Translations under genes and position numbers: made by a program | NCBI GenBank assembly: GCA_041554195.1 | Contig: JBFFMJ010000008.1 | Location: forward strand, 69,359-133,358 | DNA length: 64,000 nucleotides | Direction: 5' to 3' | Origin: Thiohalomonadaceae bacterium | GTDB lineage: Bacteria; Pseudomonadota; Gammaproteobacteria; Thiohalomonadales; Thiohalomonadaceae | Part shown: piece by piece, positions 19,642 to 30,583 of the stretch | How the letters are laid out: every line of letters starts with the position of its first letter | Numbering within the stretch: the stretch's first letter is position 1 | Notes under the pieces: generated by a model | What the model was told of the DNA's origin: nothing | What the model saw: the letters and a program-made list of their open reading frames with translations, nothing else | Databases searched by the model: none

Positions 19642-20232
19642 TTAGCCCTCTAAAACCCGGCTCGCAAACTGCCGAATCGCCTCAGGATAGATCACATGTT
19701 CCTGCTCCAGCACACGAGCAGCCAGGGTCTCTGCTGTATCGCCCTCAAGGATCGGCACCCGTGCCTGTAGCAGCACCTCACCGGAGTCGAGTTCGGCGGT
19801 GACCAGATGCACGCTGCAACCGGCCTCGCTGTCGCCCGCCTCGATGGCGCGGGCGTGGGTGTTGGTGCCCTTGTAGCGGGGCAGCAGTGAGGGGTGGATG
19901 TTGAGCATCCGCCCCTCGTAGTGGTGGACGAAATTATCACTAAGGATGCGCATGAATCCGGCCAGCACCACCAGCTGCGGTTGATAGCCATCAATGGTGC
20001 GGCTGAGCTCGGCATCGAAGGCCTCACGGCTGTCGAAGCGGGTGTGGTCGATGACCACGGTCTCGATGCCAGCCTGTCTGGCCCGCTCCAGCCCGTAGGC
20101 ATCGGCCTTGTTACTGATCACGGCGCGGATCTCCACCGGCAGCCCGTCATCGGCGGCGGCGTCGATGATCGCCTGGAGATTGGAACCGCCGCCCGAGATG
20201 AGGACGACGATGGGGAGCTTTGTGGCGGACAT
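19642..20232 (-). CDS. purN: Phosphoribosylglycinamide formyltransferase
   Basis: 196 aa. Blocks LISGGGSNLQAI, VVLAGFMRIL and NIHPSLLP are classic PurN. Confidence 0.95.
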   Translation of the reverse strand: MSATKLPIVVLISGGGSNLQAIIDAAADDGLPVEIRAVISNKADAYGLERARQAGIETVVIDHTRFDSREAFDAELSRTIDGYQPQLVVLAGFMRILSDNFVHHYEGRMLNIHPSLLPRYKGTNTHARAIEAGDSEAGCSVHLVTAELDSGEVLLQARVPILEGDTAETLAARVLEQEHVIYPEAIRQFASRVLEG

Positions 20233-21281
20233 TACTTGATGATGACCTGCTCGCCCTCGCTGTACTCCTCAATGGAGCCGATGACGACCGCCTCTTCACC
20301 ATTCGCCTTGAGCACATCGATGGTCTGCTGCGCCTGGGCGGCATCAACCACCACCACCATGCCGACACCACAGTTAAAGGTACGGTACATCTCGCTCTCG
20401 GCGATATTGCCCTGCTGCTGCAGCCAGCCGAAGACGGCGGGGCGCTGCCAGCTGGTCCCGTCGATGACGGCGCGGCAGTTCTCGGGCAGCACGCGCGGCA
20501 GGTTCTCCGGCAGGCCACCACCGGTGATGTGGCACAGTGAGTGGACATCGACCTTAGCGATCAGATCCAGCAGCGGCTTGACGTAGATGCGGGTCGGCTC
20601 CAGCAACTGCTCGCCCAGCGGACGACCGGCGAGGTCATCATCGAGGCTGGCACCGCTGACCTCCAGCACCTTACGTACCAGCGAGTAGCCGTTAGAGTGA
20701 GCACCGGAGGAGGCGATACCGATAATGGTGTCGCCGGCCTTCACCTTGGAGCCGTCGATGATTTTGCTCTTCTCGACGATACCGACGCAGAAACCGGCCA
20801 GGTCATAATCCTCGCCCTCGTACATGCCGGGCATTTCGGCGGTCTCACCACCGGATAGGGCACAGCCGGAGAGTTCACAGCCATCGGCGATGCCCTTGAT
20901 CACATCGCTGGCGGCATCGACGTTGAGGGCGCCGGTGGCGTAGTAGTCGAGGAAGAACAGCGGCTCGGCACCGCCGACAATGAGGTCGTTGACGCACATC
21001 GCCACCAGGTCGATACCGATGGTGTCGTGCTTGCCCATCATCATCGCCAGTCGCAGCTTGGTGCCGACGCCATCGGTGCCGGAGACCAGTACCGGCTCCT
21101 TGTAGCGATCCAGCGGTACCTCGAACAGTGCGCCGAAGCCACCCAGCCCGCCCATTACGCCGGGGCGCAGGGTGCGCTTGGCGTGGGGCTTGATGCGCTC
21201 GATCAGGCTGTTGCCGGCATCGATGTCTACACCGGCATCACGGTAGCTAAGGCCGGAAGATTGCTGTTTGTCGTCGCTCAC
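20232..21281 (-). CDS. purM: Phosphoribosylformylglycinamidine cyclo-ligase (AIR synthetase)
   Basis: 349 aa. Blocks [31 protein letters not shown] and [14 protein letters not shown]. Its stop overlaps the purN start. Confidence 0.95.
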   Translation of the reverse strand: MSDDKQQSSGLSYRDAGVDIDAGNSLIERIKPHAKRTLRPGVMGGLGGFGALFEVPLDRYKEPVLVSGTDGVGTKLRLAMMMGKHDTIGIDLVAMCVNDLIVGGAEPLFFLDYYATGALNVDAASDVIKGIADGCELSGCALSGGETAEMPGMYEGEDYDLAGFCVGIVEKSKIIDGSKVKAGDTIIGIASSGAHSNGYSLVRKVLEVSGASLDDDLAGRPLGEQLLEPTRIYVKPLLDLIAKVDVHSLCHITGGGLPENLPRVLPENCRAVIDGTSWQRPAVFGWLQQQGNIAESEMYRTFNCGVGMVVVVDAAQAQQTIDVLKANGEEAVVIGSIEEYSEGEQVIIK

Positions 21282-21413
21282 GGTGCTGCTCTCCTAAAGA
21301 GGCCATCGGCCTGGTGGCCGGAAAAAAGAACGGCGTATTCTACCAGCACGTTGGCGCGCCGTCTTCCTGCTGTGTCTTGACTTGAGCCGGGCAGTGACAT
21401 AGCTTCCCCCCAC

Positions 21414-22637
21414 ATGAGATACCTTAAATTTATGACGCTTTGCGGATGGCTGTTTATCTGGGGGCTGCCGGCACAGGCGGCGCAACTCGAGGGGCTGTAT
21501 GAGGCCGAGGTGGAGCTGGCCGATCAGGGGCGTGCGACACGCGCCACCGCGATGGCCGAGGCAATGGCGGCGGTGCTGCTCAAGGTGAGTGGTTCCGCTG
21601 CCGTGCTCAGCGAGCCGGTGATTAAGAGCGCGATGGAGGATGCTGCCCGTTACGTGCAGCAGTACCGTTATCGCAATGAGGCGATGCCAGCCGAGAAGCG
21701 GCATAAGGGCAAGGGGGGGGCTGCCGAGAATCGACTGTTGCTGTGGGTCGGTTTCGACAGTGTCAGTATCGACAACCTGTTACGTCGCTTCGGCTTTAAC
21801 GTGTGGGGTACCGCCCGTCCAAGCACCCTGGTGTGGCTGGCGGTGGATGAGGGCTCGCGCCGGGTGCTGGTGGGTGCCAATGATCAAGGACTGGTTCGCG
21901 AGGTGCTGGAGTCCGAGGCACAACGTCGGGCTATTCCGTTACGTTTGCCGTTGCTGGATCTGACCGATCAGTCAAAGGTGCGCCCGGTCGATGTGTGGGG
22001 CGGCTTTGTCGATAATATCGAGTCGGCCTCGCTACGCTATGAAACTCAGGCGGTACTTATTGGCAAGCTCTATCCACTGGGTAAAGAGTGGGAGGGGCGC
22101 TGGACCTTGCGTTATCAGGGCGACCAGTACGAGTGGCAGCAGCGCGCGAAGGATGTGCGCACGGTGATTGCCAGTGGTGTGGGTGGCATCAGTGATTACC
22201 TGTCGCAGCGTTTTGCCGCGAGCAGCGATCCTGGAATGGATCAGCTGGCGCTACGCATAGAAGGTGTCACGACGATGGATGATTTCCGTCGCATTAACGA
22301 CTACCTGCTGTCATTGCACGGGGTTTCGGCGGTGACGCTGCGAAAGACCGATGCCACCTCCAGTAGTTTTCTGGTCGAGATCGAGGGTGGTCGGGAAACC
22401 GTACTACAGGCGATCACGATGGGCGATATGCTGGCAGAGGTAGAGCCGCCGCCAGAGGTGTTGCAGCCCGAATCGCCGATGGAATTGCGCTCGCAATCCG
22501 TCGAGGTTTCGCCGTCGCCAGTAGAACCCGCTGCGGGTGAGGTCGGGAGCGACACGCTCAAGGAAGACGCCGAGGTGCTGCCGCTACAGCCGCAGGTGGT
22601 TCCGCTACAGGAGCTGGTCTACCGCCTGCTGTCGTGA
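21414..22637 (+). CDS. DUF2066-type periplasmic protein
   Basis: Signal peptide. N-terminal LYEAEVELADQ... pattern and a position divergent from purM, as seen for DUF2066 genes in Pseudomonas-type genomes. The family call is from memory of that synteny and pattern. Confidence 0.6.
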   Translation: MRYLKFMTLCGWLFIWGLPAQAAQLEGLYEAEVELADQGRATRATAMAEAMAAVLLKVSGSAAVLSEPVIKSAMEDAARYVQQYRYRNEAMPAEKRHKGKGGAAENRLLLWVGFDSVSIDNLLRRFGFNVWGTARPSTLVWLAVDEGSRRVLVGANDQGLVREVLESEAQRRAIPLRLPLLDLTDQSKVRPVDVWGGFVDNIESASLRYETQAVLIGKLYPLGKEWEGRWTLRYQGDQYEWQQRAKDVRTVIASGVGGISDYLSQRFAASSDPGMDQLALRIEGVTTMDDFRRINDYLLSLHGVSAVTLRKTDATSSSFLVEIEGGRETVLQAITMGDMLAEVEPPPEVLQPESPMELRSQSVEVSPSPVEPAAGEVGSDTLKEDAEVLPLQPQVVPLQELVYRLLS

Positions 22638-23209
22638 AAGCACGAGACATCCCCAATCTGATCTGTGTGGTGCGTATTCTGCTGGTGATACCCATCGTGG
22701 TATTGCTGCTGCGCGATGAGTTTGCCACGGTGCTGGTGCTGTTTGCACTGGCCGGAGCCAGTGATGGCCTCGATGGATTTCTCGCACGCCGTTTTGACTG
22801 GCGTTCGCGACTGGGGGCGATCCTCGACCCCCTGGCCGATAAATTATTGATGTTCTGCACCTACGCCACCCTCGGCTGGATGGGGCTGTTGCCGTTGTGG
22901 CTGGTGGTGATTGTGCTGGCACGTGATGTGATGATCATCTCCGGTGCGCTGGCCTATCACCGCCTCTGCGGTGAGATAGAGATGGAGCCGACCCGCATTA
23001 GCAAGGCCAACACCCTGTTTCAAATCCTCCTGGTATTGCTGGTGATGGTGATGCCGCTGGGTCTGGCCCTGCCGGTCTGGGGGATGACTACTCTGATTGC
23101 GGTAGTGGCAGCGACCTCCCTGCTGAGTGGTGGAAATTATGTCTGGGAGTGGGCGCACCGTGCGCATCGCTGTCGGGAAAAAGGAGAGAAGAGGGAAGGG
23201 AATGAGTGA
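22634..23209 (+). CDS. CDP-alcohol phosphatidyltransferase family protein (PgsA-like)
   Basis: Motif DGLDGFLARRFDWRSRLGAILDPLADKLL fits DGx2ARx8Gx3Dx3D. Several TM segments. The GTG start overlaps the upstream stop (GTGA). Confidence 0.8.
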   Translation: MKARDIPNLICVVRILLVIPIVVLLLRDEFATVLVLFALAGASDGLDGFLARRFDWRSRLGAILDPLADKLLMFCTYATLGWMGLLPLWLVVIVLARDVMIISGALAYHRLCGEIEMEPTRISKANTLFQILLVLLVMVMPLGLALPVWGMTTLIAVVAATSLLSGGNYVWEWAHRAHRCREKGEKREGNE

Positions 23210-24287
23210 GTCACAAAAATGGTTTCTGTTGGCCTGGCTGGGTTTTGGTGGAGTACTGCTCTACCTGTTGGCCCCGGTTCTGACCCCGTTCCTGATCGCT
23301 GCGGTGCTGGCCTATATTGGCGACCCGCTGGTGGACAGGCTAGAGGCACACAAGCTCTCGCGCACCCTCTCGGTGGTGAGCGTCTTTGTCACCCTGACAC
23401 TGATTGCCCTGCTGCTGCTGGTGGTGCTGGTGCCGATGCTGGAGCGCCAGGTGGGCTTGCTGATCAGCAAGCTACCGGTCTATCTGCACTGGCTACAGCA
23501 CACGGCTATTCCGGCGTTGAGCGAGCGCCTCGGTTTTGAGGGCCCGCTCCTTGACCCGGTGGCCCTGCAGGAGTCGCTGCGCGAACAGTGGCAACAGGCG
23601 GGCGGGGCGGTGAAGGGGGTGGTCGGCGTGATCTCCAAATCGGGCATGACCCTGTTGGCGATGCTCGCCAATCTGGTGCTGATCCCGGTGGTCACCTTCT
23701 ATATGTTGCGCGACTGGGACATTCTGGTGGCACGGGTGCATGAGCTGATCCCGCGTCGCTATGAACCCCTGATGGTGCGTATTGCCCGCTCCTCCGATGA
23801 GGTGTTGGGGGCCTTCCTGCGTGGCCAGCTTACGGTGATGTTGGCGCTGGGGGTGATCTATTCGGTTGGCCTAAGTATTGTCGGGCTGGAACTCGCGGTG
23901 CTGATCGGTATGCTGGCCGGGGTGGTGAGTTTTGTCCCCTACCTCGGCTTTATCGTCGGCATTATAGTCGCCGGGATCGCCGCCCTGATGCAGTTTCAGG
24001 AGCTAATGCCACTGCTCTACGTGCTTATCGTCTTTGGCATCGGCCAGATGATCGAGGGGATGTTACTGACCCCGATGCTGGTGGGTGAGAAGATCGGCCT
24101 GCACCCGGTGGCGGTGATCTTCGCGGTGTTGGCCGGTGGTCAACTGTTCGGCTTTTTCGGTATCCTGCTCGCCCTGCCGGTGGCGGCGGTGGTGATGGTG
24201 GTGCTGCGTTATACGCACGAGCGTTATGTCGGCAGCAGCCTTTACGCGAAAACAGAAGAGTCGCCCCAAGGGCCACAAGAGCCATGA
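23202..24287 (+). CDS. AI-2E family transporter (PerM/YhhT-like)
   Basis: About 360-aa polytopic membrane protein with the typical AI-2E layout. ATG 23202 overlaps the upstream gene by 8 nt. Confidence 0.8.
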   Translation: MSESQKWFLLAWLGFGGVLLYLLAPVLTPFLIAAVLAYIGDPLVDRLEAHKLSRTLSVVSVFVTLTLIALLLLVVLVPMLERQVGLLISKLPVYLHWLQHTAIPALSERLGFEGPLLDPVALQESLREQWQQAGGAVKGVVGVISKSGMTLLAMLANLVLIPVVTFYMLRDWDILVARVHELIPRRYEPLMVRIARSSDEVLGAFLRGQLTVMLALGVIYSVGLSIVGLELAVLIGMLAGVVSFVPYLGFIVGIIVAGIAALMQFQELMPLLYVLIVFGIGQMIEGMLLTPMLVGEKIGLHPVAVIFAVLAGGQLFGFFGILLALPVAAVVMVVLRYTHERYVGSSLYAKTEESPQGPQEP

Positions 24288-24968
24288 GTGCCATGAGTTC
24301 CTCCCATCAACAGCTCCCCCTGCGTATCGGCCTGCGCGATAGCGCCACCTTTGCCAACTTCTACCCCGGCTCCAATGCCGCCGTAGTGCATGCCCTGCAA
24401 GCGGCCAGCGAGCCCTTTATCTACCTTGGCGGAGCCATCGGCAGCGGGCGTAGCCACCTGTTGCAGGCCGCCTGCCATGAGGTGAGCGAGGCGCAGGGGC
24501 TGGCCGCCTACCTGCCGTTGGCCGAGTGCATGGTGATGTCCTCACAGATGCTGGAGGGGATGGAGCAGATGGCGCTGGTGGCGATCGATGATCTGGAGCT
24601 GCTGGCGGGGAATAGTGAGTGGGAGCTGGCACTGTTTCATCTCTACAACCGCATGCGTGATGCCGGGCATCGCATGATCGCGGCGGGTAACGCCGCCCCG
24701 GCGGTTCTCGGTATTACCCTGCCCGACCTGTTGTCACGCCTCGGCTGGGGGCCGGTGTTTCAGCTTCAGCCCCTGGCGGATGGAGAAAAATCAGAGGCCC
24801 TGCGGATGCGGGCAAAACAGCGTGGTATGGAGTTGCCCCCCGAGGTGGCGGACTATCTGCTCAGCCACGGTTCACGCAATATGCATGACCTGTTTGCTCT
24901 GCTGGATAGACTCGATGAGGGCTCGCTGGCGGCACAGCGTAAACTTACAATTCCCTTTGTTCGTACCT

Positions 24969-24979
<11 letters not shown>
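24284..24979 (+). CDS. hda: DnaA regulatory inactivator Hda
   Basis: 231 aa. QLPLRIGLRDSATFANFYPG N-terminus, a degenerate AAA+ box (GGAIGSGRSHLLQA) and an Arg-finger region. ATGA overlap with the upstream gene. Confidence 0.85.
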
Positions 24980-26285
<1,306 letters not shown>

Positions 26286-26427
26286 TTCAGGGCCAATTTT
26301 ATTACTCTAATAGGAAGGCCCTATTCTAGCCGCTCTTTGCTTGACAGCCTATAGGGGCAGTGATAGCGTTTCGAGCTATATTTCCCCTTACGATAACGTT
26401 GGCAAGAAGAAGTTATCCAGAGAACAT

Positions 26428-26721
26428 ATGTCATTGAATCTACATAATTTTTTACTTTTTATTGTGATATTGGTCTCGGCGTGCAGTATCGTGCCCCCGG
26501 TTCAGGAGATGAGTGATGCGCGCCAGGCACTGGAGGCGGCACGTGAGGCGCAGGCCGAGAAGTACGCCGAGCAGAAGTTACGCAGCGCAGAGGATTCGAT
26601 GGAGCTGGCGACCAAGACCCTCAATCAGGGGGAATACGAAGCGGCACGAATGGCGGCCAGCGTGGCCAAGGCTCTGGCAATCAAGGCGAGAGATGAGGCG
26701 TTGGCAGCGAGGACCGAGTAG
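26428..26721 (+). CDS. Small helical lipoprotein (DUF4398-like)
   Basis: Lipobox LVSACS followed by an Ala/Glu-rich helical hairpin pattern (ARQALEAAREAQAEKYA...). Start taken at MSLNLH (26428). Confidence 0.5.
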   Translation: MSLNLHNFLLFIVILVSACSIVPPVQEMSDARQALEAAREAQAEKYAEQKLRSAEDSMELATKTLNQGEYEAARMAASVAKALAIKARDEALAARTE

Positions 26722-26876
26722 CCATTTCGCATCGGTGCTATAAAACTGTGGACAGGGTCACGGCCTTAGCCTTGACAGGGTTTTGCAGCAGGTGCTACTT
26801 TCACTCTCAATATGCGAGTATTTCATTAACTTAACTAAACTTAACGAATAAAACTAACGGCGGAGTCATATAGACG

Positions 26877-27497
26877 ATGAAACTTTTCAAAGGATTAAAA
26901 ATTACGGCGATGATTGCCCTGGTTCTGAGCATTGCTGTAGGTTGTGCCAGTACCCCTGAGCCTGAGCCGGTTGAAGATCAGACCGTTGTTGCGCAGCGTG
27001 CTATTGCTGATGCCAAGGCTGCCAATGACAAGGCCAAGGCGGCGGGCGCTGCCTGGCGCGACACCGACGACTTGATTAAGAAGGCCGAAGAGGCGCTTAA
27101 GGCGGGTGATACCGGTTTGGCGATTCAACTGGCTAATCAGGCTCGCCGTCAGGCAGAAAATGCCCTGAGGCAGAAGCAGGCCGAGATGGCGAAGGCGGAA
27201 CAGCCTGCCCCGGTGGCGGCCGCCAGCGATAGCTACACGGTCATTTCTGGTGACACCCTGTGGGGTATCTCAGCCAGAAGCGAGATTTACGGCAACCCTT
27301 ACCAGTGGCCGCTGATCTACAAAGCTAATCGCAGCCAGATTCAGGACGCTGACCTGATCTTCCCCGGCCAGAACCTCTCCATCGCGCGTGATGTATCTGC
27401 TGCCGATGTTGATGCCGCTGTTAACCACGCCCGTAACCGTGGCGCGTGGTCGATTGGTGTTGTAGAGGCCAGCGACGAGGCTTACCTCGCTCGCTAA
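26877..27497 (+). CDS. LysM domain lipoprotein
   Basis: Lipobox IAVGCA, a helical Ala-rich N-terminal region, then a LysM domain (YTVISGDTLWGIS...IFPGQNLSI). Confidence 0.8.
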   Translation: MKLFKGLKITAMIALVLSIAVGCASTPEPEPVEDQTVVAQRAIADAKAANDKAKAAGAAWRDTDDLIKKAEEALKAGDTGLAIQLANQARRQAENALRQKQAEMAKAEQPAPVAAASDSYTVISGDTLWGISARSEIYGNPYQWPLIYKANRSQIQDADLIFPGQNLSIARDVSAADVDAAVNHARNRGAWSIGVVEASDEAYLAR

Positions 27498-27522
27498 TTC
27501 GGGCGAGACAGCAAACTTAGTC

Positions 27523-27551
27523 AAGGGCTCCTAACGGGGCCCTTTTCTTTT
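27523..27551 (+). terminator. Probable rho-independent terminator after the LysM gene
   Basis: Stem aagggc/gccctt with a 10-nt loop, followed by TTCTTTTG. Confidence 0.4.
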
Positions 27552-27603
27552 GTCTGTTAAGATCTTAAATTTAAGCTCTGTAGTGCAACAAGCGGGTAGT
27601 TTG

Positions 27604-28143
27604 ATGAAGGCGGTAGAAAAGTTTTTTGAAGGGATTTTGTGGGAGAGTCGCTTCTCGGTACTGTTTGCGGTGGTTGCCAGCCTCTTCAGTTCGCTGGCGG
27701 TGTTCTACATGGCGACAATCGATGCCTACTACATGATCAGCCACCTTGGTGAGTATGCGTCCCCGGCTCTGGATGCCGTGGCACGCAATGCGCTACGTAG
27801 TGCCACCATTACCCATGTGGTAGAGATCGTTGATGGCTACCTGCTGGCAACGGTGTTGCTGATCTTCTCGCTCGGCCTCTACGAGTTATTCATCAGTAAG
27901 ATTGATCAGGCCGAGAAATCCGAAACCTCATCCAATGTGCTGTTGATCACCAGTCTGGATGACCTCAAGGGGCGGCTGGCCAAGGTGATCCTAATGATAT
28001 TGATCGTTAAGTTCTTTGAACATGCGATCAGCATGACCTTTAAATCACCGTTGGACCTGCTCTATCTGGCTGCAGGCATTAGCTTGCTGGGGCTGGCGCT
28101 CTACCTCTCTCATGCCGCGGATGATAAGCACACAAATAAATAG
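27604..28143 (+). CDS. yqhA: YqhA family (UPF0114) membrane protein
   Basis: MKAVEKFFEGILWESRF N-terminus and a 3-4 TM layout typical of UPF0114. Start at 27604. Confidence 0.7.
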   Translation: MKAVEKFFEGILWESRFSVLFAVVASLFSSLAVFYMATIDAYYMISHLGEYASPALDAVARNALRSATITHVVEIVDGYLLATVLLIFSLGLYELFISKIDQAEKSETSSNVLLITSLDDLKGRLAKVILMILIVKFFEHAISMTFKSPLDLLYLAAGISLLGLALYLSHAADDKHTNK

Positions 28144-28217
28144 CTTCTAGCGGGCGAGAAACTTTCTCGCCTGTTATCCTGTCGTAACTAATATCCATCG
28201 ATTTTATGGAGAGCCAC

Positions 28218-28697
28218 ATGTTAAAACGACTTTTGCTCCTTCTGGTGCTGTTGAGTAGTCAACCGCTGTTAGCCAATCCGGTTGATCTTGAGCTGACCGA
28301 CATGAATGGCAAGCAGCTTAAGCTCTCCGACTACCGCGGCAAATGGGTAGTGCTCAATTACTGGGCGACCTGGTGTCCGCCCTGCCTTGAGGAGCTCCCT
28401 GAACTGGTACTTTTTCATGAGTCGCACAAGGACCGCGATGCCGTAGTCATCGGCATTGATATGGAGATGTTGCAGCCAGAGGCTCTGGAGCAGTTTGTCG
28501 ATGATAACTTTTTGACCTATCCGATTGTGCCGATGGTGGAGAATATGCCGTCGTTTGATAACGTGGATAATTTTCCAACCAGTTATCTCATCGACCCCGA
28601 TGGTATTGCGGTGGTAAAGCATGTGGGGGCCGTAACCTCTGATGCGATTGAAGAGTTCATCAATTCCTATGTGCCGGATAAGACGGTTAGGCGTTAA
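28218..28697 (+). CDS. TlpA/ResA-family periplasmic thiol:disulfide oxidoreductase
   Basis: Signal peptide. Motif NYWATWCPPCLEELPEL (WCxxC). GGAGAG lies 6 nt before ATG 28218; the track start 28206 is also possible. Confidence 0.85.
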   Translation: MLKRLLLLLVLLSSQPLLANPVDLELTDMNGKQLKLSDYRGKWVVLNYWATWCPPCLEELPELVLFHESHKDRDAVVIGIDMEMLQPEALEQFVDDNFLTYPIVPMVENMPSFDNVDNFPTSYLIDPDGIAVVKHVGAVTSDAIEEFINSYVPDKTVRR

Positions 28698-28712
28698 TAG
28701 CGGGGAAGAATA

Positions 28713-29243
28713 ATGAAACATCGTTTGCTACGTATCATGTTAATTATGGCCTCTTTTTGTGGCGGTGTCGTTCAGGCTGAGGCGCCGCGCGATCCCTACC
28801 AGTATTTTTTTAATGAAACCTTCGGCGACTTTTCTGAGGAGTTGCAGACCGCGCGTGATGAGGGGAAGAAAGGGGTGTTGCTCTTCTTCGAGATGGATGA
28901 ATGCCCCTTCTGTCACTATATGAAGGGCAATGTGCTCAATCAGGTCGCGGTGCAGGAGTATTACCGTAAAAACTTCCTCCTTTTCGCTGTCGATATCGAG
29001 GGCGACGTGGAGATAGTCGACTTTAGCGGCGAGCATATGTCGCAAAAGGATTTTGCCTTTAAGAAGAACCGCGTGCGTGCCACCCCGGTGATTGCGTTTT
29101 ATGATCTTGCGGGCAAGCGTATTCATCGTCACACAGGGAAGACCTCCGGCGTAAATGAGTTTATGTTAATGGGTGAGTACGTGGCAGAAGGCCATCATGA
29201 GAAGCTCTCCTTTACCCGTTTTAAACGCAGCAAAAAGAAATAG
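28713..29243 (+). CDS. Periplasmic thioredoxin-fold protein (CxxC), paralog of the domains in 6499-7536
   Basis: Signal peptide. Motif FFEMDECPFCHYM. Aligns by eye along its length with both halves of the 6499-7536 protein (e.g. AVDIEGDVEIVDFSGEHMSQKDFA versus AVDIHGDEPVTDMQGEEMSQREFA). Confidence 0.65.
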   Translation: MKHRLLRIMLIMASFCGGVVQAEAPRDPYQYFFNETFGDFSEELQTARDEGKKGVLLFFEMDECPFCHYMKGNVLNQVAVQEYYRKNFLLFAVDIEGDVEIVDFSGEHMSQKDFAFKKNRVRATPVIAFYDLAGKRIHRHTGKTSGVNEFMLMGEYVAEGHHEKLSFTRFKRSKKK

Positions 29244-29248
29244 AAGCT

Positions 29249-30583
29249 ATGGCAACGGGTGCGGTGCGGAAGTCTTCTCGTACACTACTATTTTTTCTTG
29301 GATTTATGACGGTGGGGGCTGATGCCCAGGAGTCAGCCGAGTTACCGCAACCCCTGACACTGGAGTACGCCCTCTCGTTGGTCGATTCCGCGCACCCCGC
29401 CATGCAGCAGGCACGAGCGCAGCAACAGGCGGCACAGGCGCGCCTGCAATCGAGCGAGGCAGAGGATGACCTGAGTGTCTCCCTAGAGGCGCGGGCCCGT
29501 TGGGTACAGCCCCCCTCGTCAATGAGTGACGAGGTTACGGACGATCACAAGGGCTCACTTTTTGTACGCAAATCGCTTTACGATTTTGGCCGCACGACCG
29601 CGCTGCAACAGGCGGCACGCAGTGAGTCTCAGGCGATGGCGGTGCGCTATCACTCTGAGCGAGATCAGCACCGCATAGCCATTATGCGTGCCTTCTTCGC
29701 GGTGCTGCTTGCCGATCAGGAAAACTTTCGCGACAACGAGGCATTGGCGGTCGCCTATATTACGCTGGACCGATTACGTAATCGCCAGGAGCTGGGACAG
29801 ACCTCCGACATCGAGGTGCTGGAGCAGGAGAGTCACTATCAAGGCATTCGCTATCGTTTGTTAAATAGCGAATCGCGACAGCGCCTGACACGCTCACAAC
29901 TGGCGAATCTGCTGAACCTGCCTGGACAGCTGCCGGCAGATCTGGTGTCCCCCAGCTTTGACCATGCCGAGCGACCACTCCCCGAATATGAGTCACTGCT
30001 GGCGCTGGCGCAGCAACACAATACCTCGCTGCAGTCACTACAGTTAGAGTTGGAGGCCTCGCAGCAGCGAGTGAGCAGTGTGCGTAGTGGGAAGTTACCG
30101 CAGCTAAATGGCGAACTGGAGGCCTCCAGTTACAGCCGGGAACTGGGCTCTAGTGACACCTGGCGTGCCGGGGTTACTTTGAGCGTGCCTATCTACAATG
30201 GTAATCGTATCGATTCTGCCATTGCCGCGGCGCAGGCCGAGGTGATGCGCTTACGGGCAAAATTGTCGCAGTCGCGCCAGGATTTGCGTCAGGCGCTACT
30301 GGAGAACTGGTTCGAGTTACAACGTCTGGCCCTGCGGCGGGAGCAGGCCGCGAGCGAACTGGATTATCGTGAACTTTATCTTGATCGCAGTCGTGCCAAT
30401 TATGAGATGGAGGTGACGGCGGATTTGGGTGACGCCATGGTGCGCTTGAGTGATGCGCAACTGGCGTTGATTAAAAACGATTTTGACACCGCGCTGGCCT
30501 GGGAGAAGTTGCGTGCGCTGGTCGGTGTTGAGCTGGAAAGATTGGACGAGGCGGTGATGCAACCGCAGGGGGAGCGACAGTGA
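29249..30583 (+). CDS. TolC-family outer membrane efflux protein
   Basis: 444 aa with a signal peptide and two-fold repeated coiled-coil/beta architecture. The N-terminal LTLEYALSLV and A(Q/R)AQ-rich helices are typical of OEP family proteins. Confidence 0.8.
   Translation: MATGAVRKSSRTLLFFLGFMTVGADAQESAELPQPLTLEYALSLVDSAHPAMQQARAQQQAAQARLQSSEAEDDLSVSLEARARWVQPPSSMSDEVTDDHKGSLFVRKSLYDFGRTTALQQAARSESQAMAVRYHSERDQHRIAIMRAFFAVLLADQENFRDNEALAVAYITLDRLRNRQELGQTSDIEVLEQESHYQGIRYRLLNSESRQRLTRSQLANLLNLPGQLPADLVSPSFDHAERPLPEYESLLALAQQHNTSLQSLQLELEASQQRVSSVRSGKLPQLNGELEASSYSRELGSSDTWRAGVTLSVPIYNGNRIDSAIAAAQAEVMRLRAKLSQSRQDLRQALLENWFELQRLALRREQAASELDYRELYLDRSRANYEMEVTADLGDAMVRLSDAQLALIKNDFDTALAWEKLRALVGVELERLDEAVMQPQGERQ

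Noticed and set aside
21713-21720. A G8 homopolymer inside the DUF2066 gene, considered as a phase-variation switch.
   Set aside because: It lies mid-gene in a conserved housekeeping neighbourhood and encodes KGKGGA. I saw no other contingency-locus features. It is worth only a glance at read heterogeneity.
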